64,000 nt of DNA from Marsupella aquatica (lineage: Eukaryota > Plantae > Marchantiophyta), in assembly GCA_973895155.1 (NCBI GenBank), contig OZ316899.1, positions 393,473 to 457,472 of the forward strand, read 5' to 3'. The first letter of the stretch is position 1. Each line of letters begins with the position of its first letter. Below are positions 36,039-47,499 of the stretch, piece after piece. The notes beneath the pieces are model-generated. The model saw only the letters and a program-made list of their open reading frames with translations, had not been told where the DNA came from and searched no databases. The position numbers were made by a program, and so were the translations under genes.

Positions 36039-37391
36039 AGCTATCCAACACCAAGCGCGCGCAAGCTCTCCTCCTGCCCTCCCTCACTTCAAAAAACGTC
36101 GAATGGGCCTCGTAACCCGGTGGGAAGGTCCGAATGCCCAGACAAAACACATTTGCGACGCAGTTCGCATCGCAATTTGCGAATCAGCCCGCTTCGCAAC
36201 TAGTATCTCAACTTTCCAAAACCAATGCGAAACCACACGCTTCGCAAAGCCTTCGCAAAGCTGCAGAGACGCGAAAAAACGCTCTCGGGTTCTATTTTTC
36301 CGAAGCTGTTGCGAAACATTTTGCTTCGCAAATAATGTGACCAAATTCTGAAGCAGGTCGGTTCTCAATATCGTGGCAATTCCTGGCGAAATTTTTTTCA
36401 CATTCTTTCCCTCCTCCTTTTGTTTAGGCCATGTAAGTTATACTATGCCCTTTTGTGTAATTAAGAAATTCCGCCGTTTCAAATCCCGGCGTTTGTTAGG
36501 GTTGGGTCTTGGATGAAGCTGGTTTTTTTAGGGGTTAAAAGCGAGATTACCAGTCAAACCTTCCGTTTTTTAAGCTATACATGGTGTGGGTGTAGGCTAA
36601 TTTTGATAAGAGTTGGGTTTTGGTTTAAAATTAATAAGTGAGGAAAGGGTTTAGGATTAAAGTTGGGTTTGGGTTTAGGGTTTAAGTCTTTAATTTTGGG
36701 TTTAAGCAGGGTTTGCATTTATGGTTGTAGGCTTTTAGGGTTCAAGCAAGGGTTTAGGGTTTAAAACAAAAGAGAGAAAGGGGATTGGGAGTGAGGGTCT
36801 AGGTTTTTGTAATAGGTCAGAGGTTTGGGGGTGAGGGTTTGGAAAAGGCAAAGCAAGGTTAGATGAGATTAATGTTTTAGTTGTTTTACCATGGGTTTTA
36901 TGGGTTTTAATGGGTTTTATGGATCTTTTGGGTTTTAATGGTTTTTCCATGGGTTTTATGCTAACAAAGGAGGAGGAGCTATGACAACTTGCAGGGTGCG
37001 GCACTTTTGCATGAATTGATACTAGCTAATGCGTATGCATCGTATGAGCCCGGGCATCTGGAGGTACGGACTAAAATAGATGGGTCTAGTTAGGCTTATT
37101 CATGTAATTAAAACTTTTGGTTCCCACTATCTATAAAGAGGACATGTATGTAAGGTGTTCGCTTTGTGTACTTGCAGCTTTTCTCATACTTCCAGATTCG
37201 GTTCATTATTTTAGAGCCACAAGACCTATTGGCACCGCTGAGCCTGGGTCTCAGAAAGGTATTTTTTAGTGTTCCTTTTGTGTTTGGTTTCATGTCATCA
37301 TTACTTGAGAACTTACATTTGTCCAGCTTGATATTGTGATGTTATTTGGTAATAACCCCTAACTTGCAAATTATACATCTTTGTAGGGGCA

Positions 37392-37625
37392 ATGTCTTCA
37401 TCTTCTGAGATCTCCACCACAGATTCTTCCTCCTCCGATGAAGATATACCACCTCCTCCTCAACCTCACATGACTGCACCTCCTCCTCGTGGTCCACCCC
37501 GTCAGCTTTGCCAATGTGCCAAATGCGTGGGTCAGGTTTCCCAAAAGTCCTATATATGCACCCAGCATATTGAGAGATATGGACGTTACGGACGTCATAC
37601 AACAGGGGCTTCCTCATCCCATGTG
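37392..37625 (+). CDS. CACTA first exon, transposase-associated Cys/His zinc domain
   Basis: CQCAKC...ICTQHIERYG; ends in phase 0 at donor GTAAG (37626). Confidence 0.75.
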
Positions 37626-37726
37626 GTAAGTGTTTACGCCTTAGTTTCTACCCTATTTCCACATCGCAATGGTGAAGGTTTTTAATTTGACACCTCTTGT
37701 TGTTTGTTTTGGTTTGGATGGAATAG

Positions 37727-38541
37727 GTATCTAGTAGGCCTAGACCTGCGGCATCAGCACCTTATGTCCCATCACAAGGTGTTCTAGATGCTATAGGCAA
37801 TGCATTCTCACAAGCCTTGGGTCTAGCAACAGCCCCCTCCAGTCCTAGGGCAGTTGGGGGTGAGCCTGTTGTCCCAAGAGGGAGAAAGCGTTCCAAGAGA
37901 CGGCCCCGAGGGGATACTGATTTGTACAAGGCAGTGGTTACCGGTAGGTGGGGTGATTGTGAGTTTACTGGCAGATGTGTTCCTATCATCAAGGACTGGG
38001 ATCCCCAGACTCTTGGTTTGCCACAAGAGCTTTCCTATGGTGAGGAGGTAGAGGTTGGGGAAGACGTTGGGTTATCAAACCTTCCACACTTGGGGATAGA
38101 CATGGCTATGGAGTTTTTGCTTGTGAAGACATCATTGTGGATACCGAGAGTGGTAGTGGTGGACGCAGTCGAGAAGGACCTACGTTGTTTCCTTATGGTG
38201 GACCCATCTACAAGAGAAGACATTGGAACATGATCCTTGCACAACATCCTGAGTGGAAGACTTATGCCTTGGAGTTAGATACTTTTGATGGAAACACTAG
38301 GAGGTATAGTGAGCAGCGGGTGATAGATGGGGACCCCATACGAACTGGGAATATAGCTGGTTTCATAAACAGTAATGTGGGGACTCGCCCCAAGCGTAGG
38401 CAAAATTGTGAGTGGGTTTTCATTGAGGGTCCTCCACCAGCCCCTTATGGCCAGACATATCATCATGACCATTGTCTGGTTGTAGCTACTAGGACCATTC
38501 ACTCAGGTGATGAGTTGTTTACTCACTATGTGTGGGATTAG
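37727..38541 (+). CDS. SET-domain (lysine methyltransferase-like) exon inside the CACTA; one frameshift near 38045-38065
   Basis: Frame open 38044-38541: WVIKPSTLGDRHGYGVFACEDI (motif I), FPYGGPIY, GNIAGFINSN (NHS-equivalent), LVVATRTIHSGDELFTHY (pseudoknot, terminal Tyr). Confidence 0.8.
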
Positions 38542-38684
38542 AAAATGACCATACACATGGCGTTTGGCCACATTTTGTATTTACACCAGTACCGATATTA
38601 TTTCATGTTTGCACACCCCCATATATTCTTCTACATGTTGTAACTATTTGCTTTGTAACTTTCAATTGTTTGCATTGTTTTTAG

Positions 38685-41600
38685 AATGTGCGACCCTCTC
38701 AAAATATGTTACCACGGAGATTGAGAGCAGCATATCGGGAAATGGGTATGCCGGAAGAAGGACAAGGCTCTGAGTCACATTCCTCATCAAGTGACAGTGG
38801 AAGCAACAACCCTGATCGCAATGTACCCAGAACATATGAACAGGTTATTGATGACCAAGATAGAGCCATGGATGATTTTATGGTTGATTGGTTTGGTGTT
38901 GACGTCCCTGGTGATGATGCTGAGGTGTCTGCTGATCAAGGAGGTCATGTGCCCCCCAATGATCCACGACCAAGACATACCCCCGAGGGACAGCGCCAAT
39001 GGGAGGAAGCAGAGGAACATGCCCGAACTCCTATCTATGAGGGTGCTCGTTTGAGTCATCTTTCTGTTATCTTGGGGTTGATGAATCTACAGGCCAAACA
39101 CAAGGCAAGCAATGCCTTGTTATCTGATATGTTTGCACTTTGCCATGACCTTATGTTACCTTCTGGCAATGTGTTGCCAGGAACTTGGAAGGAGGCCAAG
39201 CGTGTTCTCTCATCAATTGGCATGGAATATCATATCATTCATGCATGTGTGAATGATTGCATGTTATTTCATGGGGCCGATGAGAAGAAGACACAGTGTA
39301 CTGAATGTCATGAGCCACGATATGACCCCAACATGATTACAAAGAAGGTGCCAAGAAAAGTTGTTCGTTGGTTTCCCATCATTCCTCGGTTGTTGCACAT
39401 GTACAGGTGTTCTGATTTGGCAGAGTTGATGGTATGGCATAAGACTCATCGATCAGAGCCTGGTGTTATGCGGTTGCCAATTGACTCTCTTGCAGTCAAA
39501 CATATTGAGGAAACATGGCCAGACTTTGCACATGATCCTCGTCATGTGAGGTTGGGATTGGCATCTGATGGGGTTAGTCCTCATGCCCTTGGAGGCAAGG
39601 GAAGACCTACATCAGTTTGGCCTGTGGTTGTGATGAATTACAACCTTCCACCATGGCTATCCATGAAGAAGGGGTTCCTCTTGCTGTCTTTGATTATTCC
39701 AGGTCCAAAAAAGGTGAAGAACTTTGACACTTATTTGGCACTATTGATTGGAGAACTCCAAAAACTGTGGGGTGGAGTGTGGGCATATGATGGCAGGAAA
39801 AATACAGGAGGCATTCCACGTGTATTTAAATTGAGAGGGGTAGTTTGTTGGACAATGCATGACTATCCTGGTAAGATGACTTTTTGACCATATGCCACCC
39901 TTCTTTGATATGCTCTTTAATATACTTGTTTGTCATGTGACAACCCTAACATTTAGTCTGGTTTTATTTTTGGTGTAACCAGGGTTTGGCTTTGTCTCTG
40001 GATTGCAAACTCAGGGGTACAAAGCTTGCTCCATCTGTGGTCCACAATTGCAAGATATGACAATTTGGTCCCCATGGCTTAGGAAGATTGTTTACATTGG
40101 GCATACAAAGTTTCTTCCGATGGGGCATGAGATGAGGTCTGACCCACTTTTATTTTCCTCCTTTGACATGCCCCTTGGTGATATGCGGGAAATTCCGGAA
40201 CCAACAACTTTTGGGCATTGGAAGTCACTAGCTGATAGGGTGGCAGACCCTGATGATCCCCTCACCTTTGATGGTACTGGGTTGACGAGGTGGAGTATAC
40301 TAGCCAGTTTGCCCTATTGGTCAGAGTTGAAGATCCGCCATCTTTTAGACCCCATGCACATAGAGGGAAATGTGGGGAAGGCGTTGATAGCTCATTTTAT
40401 GGGGAGAAGGACACTAACTTCAGGGAGGCATGTGAAGAGTTGGAAATGCATCCAGATGTATGGGTACAAGTTGATCCTGCCACAGGTTTGGAACATCGTC
40501 CTTCTGCTCCTTGGGTGCTTAGTGTTGGCCAAAGACGTGAATTCCGGAATCGTATAGGGGAGATGCGGTTTCCTACAGGCTATGGTGCCAATTTGAGGAA
40601 AGCTTTTGGGATGGAGGACAATCACAAATGGCCACGGTATCTCAAGACACATGACTATCACCGCTTATTGCAGCATATATTGCCAGTGGCAATTATAGGG
40701 TTGGGGACCAAAGAAGTGCAAGATGCCATTTGGTCATTGGGTCGTTTGTTGAGATGGATATGCTCAAAGGAGATATATGTGGAAGAGATTCCTGGAATGG
40801 AGGTATTGGCTGCTGAGGTGGTTTGCAAGTTGGAGAAGGCCCTCCCTCCTTCCTTCTTTGATTGTCAGGTTCATTTACTTGTGCATCTTGTGAGGGAGGT
40901 TGTCATTGCTGGTCCAGTTCATTGTCGATGGATGTACTGGCTTGAGCGTTACATGTCAGTCTTGAAGGCTTATGTACGTAACCGTGCACGAGTGGAGGGA
41001 AGCATAGCTATAGGATACTTGGCTGCAGAGAGCATGTTTTATTGTAGTAACATCTTGGCCACCATTGATCGGACTTTACCACGTACTTGGATGGAGGAGA
41101 GGCAAGAGGAGGAGGACCGTTTAACAGGAGCAACAAAAACACGCATGCTTACATCAACAGAGTGGACACAGTTGAATACATTCATGTTGAGTAATAGCAA
41201 TGTCATGGATGAATGGAGGGAGTTTTATGACAATGCCAAAAGAATGAGTCAAAGGGCAAGGATTTTTCCTAAGTTGCATGAGTTTATGAAGGAAAAGTTG
41301 GTTGAGTTGGATGGCATTTTGGCACAAGGAGGAGATGTCTCACAGTTTCCTACTATGACAAATGACATTCGGACCATTGTTCATGGCCCTTTGAGAGTGG
41401 TAACATCCAAGACGGCCATGTGGACCCAAGGGAGACACTTCAGGTTTCACTAGTTCCTAACCTTGTTTTTCATATTCATGTACTACTACTTAAGATATAG
41501 TAATCATTTTACTTAAGATAAGTGTGTTTTTCTCTTTTGGTATGAAAGGTTCCTCATAACATGATTAGTGTTTTTTGTGTAGTAGTAACAATATATGGGT

Positions 41601-42101
41601 CTTGTTAATTTCAGGATTTCTTCCCTTGATGAGAAGAGGGCTCGTACTTTTGATTGTGGAGTTCAAGGGCAGTTTTGTCAGGACTCCCGGAGTAGCCGAC
41701 ATGACAGGAACATTGTTCGTGATGTTGTGCCACACTATGGGAAGATAGAGGAGATTTTGGTGGTCTCATATGACAACCAATCTAAGTTTGAGGAGTATGT
41801 CTTCAAGTGCAAGTGGTTCAAAGTGAACCTTGTTGGTAATAATCGCACTGTACTCCAAGATGAGAGTGGGTTCACACGGTTGAGGACAAGTGCCACTAGT
41901 TTTCAAGCATCTCATTGGCAAACGTCAGAGCCATTTACTTTCCCATCTCACTTGGAGCAATGTTTCTACGTTCCATACCCCTTAGACCCAGAGTGGTCAC
42001 TTGTCATCACATATGTGCCACGGTCTCGTTCCATTGTTTCAGACAAGCCAGACACTATTTTTGTGTCAGATGTAGAGGACATTGAAGGTGACCAAGTGTG
42101 A
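38685..42101 (+). pseudogene. CACTA transposase (Tnp2/Transposase_21, DUF4218, DUF4216), introns 39871-39982 and 41444-41614, 1-nt frameshift near 40395
   Basis: HACVNDCMLF, LGLASDG, NYNLPPW, LLSLIIPGP, MHDYPG, LDPMHIEGNV, KTHDYH, GPVHCRWMYWLERYM; GT-AG sites keep the frame. Confidence 0.92.
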
Positions 42102-43001
42102 GAGACACTTATGGATATTTAAACCAAAAATCTATATCATGGATTGTTCATGTTGTTTCTTAATTAATATTTCATACACCATTAGTGTGGTAGGTATTTT
42201 CATTTTGGACTCCTACTTTCAAAAGAGGTCATGCATATAAGTGACATGGGTACTCCCTCCCTTATCCCTCCTCCCTCTTTGAACCCAAACTCTCCTTCCT
42301 CTTCCAAAAACTCCATAGCTTTTTCTCCTCCCTCCCTCTTCGCTAAAGTCTCTCCTATTTTTAGTAAACCCTCTTTGGACTCCCTTCTTCCTCCGTCCCT
42401 CATCCACCTTCCAACTCCCTTCCTCCCCCTTTCACCTTTCACCTCCCTCCCTCCTCCTCCCCCATTCAAACTCTAACCTAGATGCACACACAAGTCTAAC
42501 ATAAACGTTTGCAAACTGTTTGCGAAACTAAACAAATCCCAACCAAATCGCAATTCTGCCATTTAAACCGTTTCTCAATTATTCCATACTATACGCTTCA
42601 CTATTTTGCGATATCCAGACCATCCCACCTTTACCATCCACATTGTTTCGCACATTTGCCATACAAACCCATCGCAAATTGTTTGAAGCTAACCTTTTCG
42701 CAAACATCCTCCAATACTAATTGTTTCGCATCATTAATGTTACCGTGGTTTCGGACTTTCGGAGCGGTTGCGGGGCCTTCGTAATGTGTTTTGTAATCTC
42801 TGTAGTTTCGCAAACTATTGTGATACAATAAAGTTCGCAAAATGTTTGCGATGCAAATCGCATGGAAGACCAAAGTTGCGATACCACAAGTATCGCAAAT
42901 TGCGATGCGTATTGAGTCATCAATAGTTTGAAGCATCTGGAACCGCAAACGTGTGTCCGGACTCAAATGAGCTTCGCAAAAGGGCAAAATATGTTGTAGT
43001 G

Positions 43002-43870
43002 ATTGCCTCTTCCAACTTCCATTGTTTGGCAAAGCTCCGGTTCCATGTTGTCAGTAGGCAATGTAAGCAGCTTCATGGGAGAATTATTTTGCAAAGTTAT
43101 CACCCGATCTATGTCTGCAAATGCCATCTCCTTCTAATCATTGGCACTAATCTTCATCGCCTCTTGTTCAACCTTCATCCGCTTGTGATCTTCCTTCGCC
43201 CTCTGTTTCCTTTCAGAGGCTTCTTCGGCCTCATATCACTTTGTTGATCTTTACAAGCTTCATCCTGGTCTCTGTCAACACTCTCATTGTCACCATTGTC
43301 TGTGACAATTGGACTTGGTCAAGAGTATTCATTGTGTGTTGCCTCACTCCTAGGTGCTGCTGATTTCTTTCCCTTCCCTTTGGCCATATCATCTAATGGA
43401 TTCCCCCACCGTGGACAATATTTCAAAATCCAGAAGCAAGAATCAAAACCAAAAGATTTCCCTTTCAGATGGTTGAACAATTCTTCTACCTTCACCACTG
43501 TGTCATCAACATTTGTCTCCAAAATTTGAAGGTCTTCTACCTGTTGAAAGCACCCTAGGAACTTTGAGACATCATGTTTAATGTTAGACCATTTCCCTTC
43601 AAGTGATTTTTGGCCTCTTGACTTAGCTCCCTTAGATTTGTGCTTCTCGTAATGCTCAGTGACCCAGTCCCAAAATTGCTCAGCCCTCTGCCCTACACCT
43701 ACACAAGGATCTTGGGAGACATGTAGCATAGTTGTTTGAGCTCTTTGGGACCATAATTTTTCCCACGACTTGCTGCCATCTTTAGAGCCAGGTACACACA
43801 ATCTCATGGAGTCCTCGTGTGCAATGTCAGTTTTGCACGATATGTCTTGGCCCACAAGAATTGTTCATCA
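43002..43870 (-). pseudogene. Harbinger Myb/SANT-like DNA-binding ORF (last codons lie left of the CACTA, about 33230-33374)
   Basis: LHVSQDPCVGVGQRAEQFWDWV...SLEGKWSNIKHDVSKF...FGFDSCFWILKYCPRW. Confidence 0.85.
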
Positions 43871-44816
43871 ATAGTCCAAGCGGGAAGAGTTCATATTCTG
43901 GCGCTAGCGGTGAAGCCTGCACATTGCAAGTGTCATGTGGGCCGATTATCAACTTTGATCACTTTGGGGGCTGGCGCAAGGGCTTTAAATGGCAACCTCC
44001 TTCCTACGTAAAAGCAGCAATAGGGAGTTGGCAAAAGTAGCGGCATCCGTAAAAACAAATACGGATGGCACCACCGCTGGAGACTACTTTCTATCAAACC
44101 CGTCCTCTACTTAGTGGTTTGGCATTTACGGGTTTGGGGGCTCTGCTAGAGATGCTCTGAGGGCTATATTCCATCAGCCCTCAAGTCACCCTCCACCCTT
44201 AACTTCTCCTGACCCCTAGTGGCATTTGAGGGCAGTTGTGAAGCAATTACCATCTACCCCTTTAGTGTGCAAGACCAGTTGACGGTGAATAGGTTTGCTT
44301 GATAAGACACCGGCTCATTCACGCCACAACTGACATTTTTGCCTCATACAACTTGTTCCCCTTTTTTGCCATCTCTATTGACATTGTGCAGTTCTTGGAG
44401 GGCCAAAACTGGGCACGGGATTTCAGCTTGAATTAAGTTTGCATTGGAGAAATTTGACAACATATTTCTTTGGCGCTCTAGGAAAGGGTTGATCAAGGTT
44501 TCCTAGACATACATCATGAGTGGTCAACAAGCAAAAGAAATCAAGGAAGAAATTAAGGGCTAGTCCAATGAGTTCTTGGAGAATTGAGCAGCTTTGGTGA
44601 TCTGCTATGCATCATTCACCCTAAGTCTAGTTGATTATGTGCAATCATAAATGCAACAACTTTTGTATAGGGTAGGCCACAATCTTGTCTCAATCGTCTA
44701 CACTCCACAATTCTCAATCAAGAGAAAGACCTCATTGCAACAATGAAATTGGAGCATACTCTGGGTATATCCAACTAGCTCAATACTTGTGCATTGCACA
44801 AAAGATCGTGAAGAAA

Positions 44817-45060
44817 CAAGATGTTGTAACGCCCAAGATGTCGTGTTGCCAAAGATGTTGCGTTGCCCAAGATGTTTTTAAGAGAAAAGATGTTGTGTTG
44901 CTCAAGATGTCGTGTTGCCCAAGATGACGTCAAGAGATAGATGTTGTGTCACCCAAGATGTTGTTAAGAGAAAAGATGTCATGTTGCCCAAAATGTCATC
45001 AAGAGAAAAGATGTCTTGTTGCCCAAGATGTTGTGTTGCCCAGGCAAGATGTTGTCGCGC
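44817..45060 (+). repeat. Minisatellite, about 17-18 bp unit CAAGATGTYGTGTTGCC alternating with AAGAGAAAAGATGT variants
   Basis: About 13 AAGATGT-like cores in about 245 bp. Confidence 0.85.
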
Positions 45061-45938
45061 CAACAACCCGAGCCTTAAATTAGGGTTAATGCCTTGGGAC
45101 ACGCACGACCACCAATAAAGGTGAGGCTTTGGGCAAGGAGGGGTGTAGTGGCCCGGGTTAGTCTCAATTGGACTAGATCTATTACATTTATGTATCTACG
45201 AACATCATACATGTGTTTTAATTCCACCGCTGGAACATACCCACAGTTAGTGACTAGACTAATTCCTAGCTTGGGGACATTCAAGCCATTGCCAACAACT
45301 AGAACTCGTGACATATTTAGCATGTCCTAAACCCTATACTTCCTTACAATCCCAACCATTAGTCTACACCCAGTACATCCCTTGAAATGGCGCCTTTGTC
45401 CAAGGCAAGCTATATATACTCAATACACAGATTACTCACAAAGATCAAAGGGAAAGGCCAAGTTTACTCAGATAAAGAAGTAGCATGTACATGGTTGACT
45501 TGACTTCTAAGCGACTAGCGGGCCTAACGACAATCAATGCCCAGTCTTTACAAGACTGTGGCTCACACTTGCCCAACAAGCTCAACTCTGGCTCTCACTC
45601 CTTATTGCTCTCTAATCCTACTCAGGTTGGGACTCCCCCTGCACCATACAAGCTTGTTTTACCAAAATAAACCAACATCCCCCCTCACACCGGAAGGGGG
45701 GTCTTAAATACTACTTGCCAAAGGGTCAGGGAAGATGCTACCTCCCCCAGAAAATCCCTGACTAAATACCTACTAGTTGCGGCCTCCAAAATTGATGCAG
45801 TTGATCATGAGCTTACTGACTCAATTGACTGTCAGCAGGCTGGGGTGGTTGACTGTGGTACTAATCCCTAGGTCTTATTGTCAATCACTCATAACACGTT
45901 GATTGACACCTATCCTATGTTTGATGGTCCTAACTTGC

Positions 45939-47438
45939 AGTGATGGACCCTGCCGCCCAACGCCCTCATAGTTCTCAACACCCACGCCTAAGTGCCCCTA
46001 GTGCCCAAATGCCTCCACGGAACTCCTTGAGCAAGCAACCTGATGCCCTTAGCACCACCTACAATCCCTCCCATATGAGGCCACACTTGCCCCCTAACAC
46101 GACCATTGCTCAACGGTCCTCACTGTCTGCACAAGCAACCAAGCACTCCGGTCAGTAACCCCCAAAAGGATCTAGATCTCCCAAGTCTAGCATCCTAAGT
46201 CAAGCTCAACAAACACTGGTATGTAGGTCAGTGATAGGTCCTCCCGTTGCCATAAGCCATAACCAAAGCCGATACCCACTATTCATTCAAAACAACCCCT
46301 CTTTGGGTGCAGCCCGGGTTCCCCCTTGTACCTATCAATCACCAACTGACCGTCCTATCCCCAAGACATGCTCATGGCCCAAATAGCATAGCTTGTCCTG
46401 AAGCTTGTCCAAGCTTGTCCCAGCACGTCGGGACCAGAATAGTCCCGACCCTAACAACCAACTCCCGGCTCTCACCCCACTGATAGCCTAGGGGCCAAGT
46501 GCCCTTGGAACACAACCCCCATGCCTACTTGGCCTTGCCTCCCCAACGCAAGCTCCCTTGGGAGATTGAATGCAACTTGGCTGCTATTTCGGTAGGTTTT
46601 GGCAAGCGGGCAAGGTAGCCCTCGCAAACCTCGAGAATTCATGGCACCCCTAGACCCACCTGATCTTAGGAGAATGTAGTCCTCCTCAAGAGCTTTCCAG
46701 CGCACTCAAGAAGTCCTCCGACAGACTTCTCGTTATTGTCATTTTTGTTTGGCGTTTTCCCTTAGTGTCGCAATCGTCGCGGCTCATGACTTTGGCTCGC
46801 CCTTAGCCCCCAGTGAAACACCACTCCCCTCATATATGCTTCTAGAGACCTGTCACCCCGGACCTACTTTGGTCCCCATATTTTGGCCCCCTGCCTAGAC
46901 CCCAATCCACATGTCTGGGCACGCCACCAATTGACTATGCCCATAACTTTCTAGTTAGGAGTCCGTAGGTAGAGTGCCTTAGCTTGTTGTGGTCGGGCTG
47001 ACCCAGTGCTCATGCCTAGGCCCTCAGAACCCCAAGTGGCCTTCAAAACCTATTGTCGCTCGGGGGCCCCGAGCGGCCAAACCTAGGTTGGGTCGTAACT
47101 CGTGCCCCAAACATCCATTCTGCATGAAGTAAACTCCATTAGCCTTGGGCACAAGAGGAGCTCTCACTCAAGCCCTCATAACTCAAAGTCCATCTGGGGG
47201 TCCAGACGGTCGACCTTGAGTCTGGCCCTTTCCCATTACCCGACCAGCCCTCAGCTAGTCTAAGTCCTTAGTGCGTCTCACCAGCTGAGCGCATTGCCTT
47301 TGCCAATGCCGTGCCCCATTGTCCACAAGTCTCCCCATGCTAAGTCCTCCCCGGATGGCCATTCCGGGATTGGACCATAGGGGAGCGTTGGAGTTGCGAC
47401 GCCAGAGCAAAGTGTTAAGGTAATCAAGTTCCGCAACT
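45939..47438 (+). mobile_element. Solo-LTR-like element, AGT...ACT family, copy 3 (1500 bp, uninterrupted)
   Basis: Ends AGTGATGGA / TCCGCAACT; TSD CTTGC (45934-45938, 47439-47443); TATA-like CATATAT near 46831. Confidence 0.85.
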
Positions 47439-47499
47439 CTTGCTTTGTCCTAATCCTATCTACTGCGCTACCAATCGATGCCCAATGACAACTATTATG

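Larger units (their letters stand above)
33375..43001. mobile_element. CACTA (En/Spm) DNA transposon, 9.6 kb, inserted in the Harbinger Myb-like ORF
   Basis: TIRs CACTACAACA / TGTTGTAGTG; 3-bp TSD ATT (33372-33374, 43002-43004); dense TTCGCA/TGCGAA subterminal repeats. Confidence 0.95.
30429..44157. mobile_element. PIF/Harbinger DNA transposon (13.7 kb including the nested CACTA)
   Basis: TIRs GAGCATCTCCAGTGG and (rc) GAGCATCTCTAGCAG; flanks TAA / TGA (one mismatch); contains transposase and Myb/SANT-like ORF. Confidence 0.85.

Noticed and set aside
36600-36800. TTTAGGG telomere-like motifs
   Set aside because: Scattered telo-box-like copies in a divergent promoter region, not a tandem telomeric array.
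45939-47438. AGT...ACT copy 3 as the 5' LTR of the downstream Gypsy pol at 51.5-55.8 kb
   Set aside because: It has its own TSD on both sides and shows no visible similarity to the sequence after that element's PPT.
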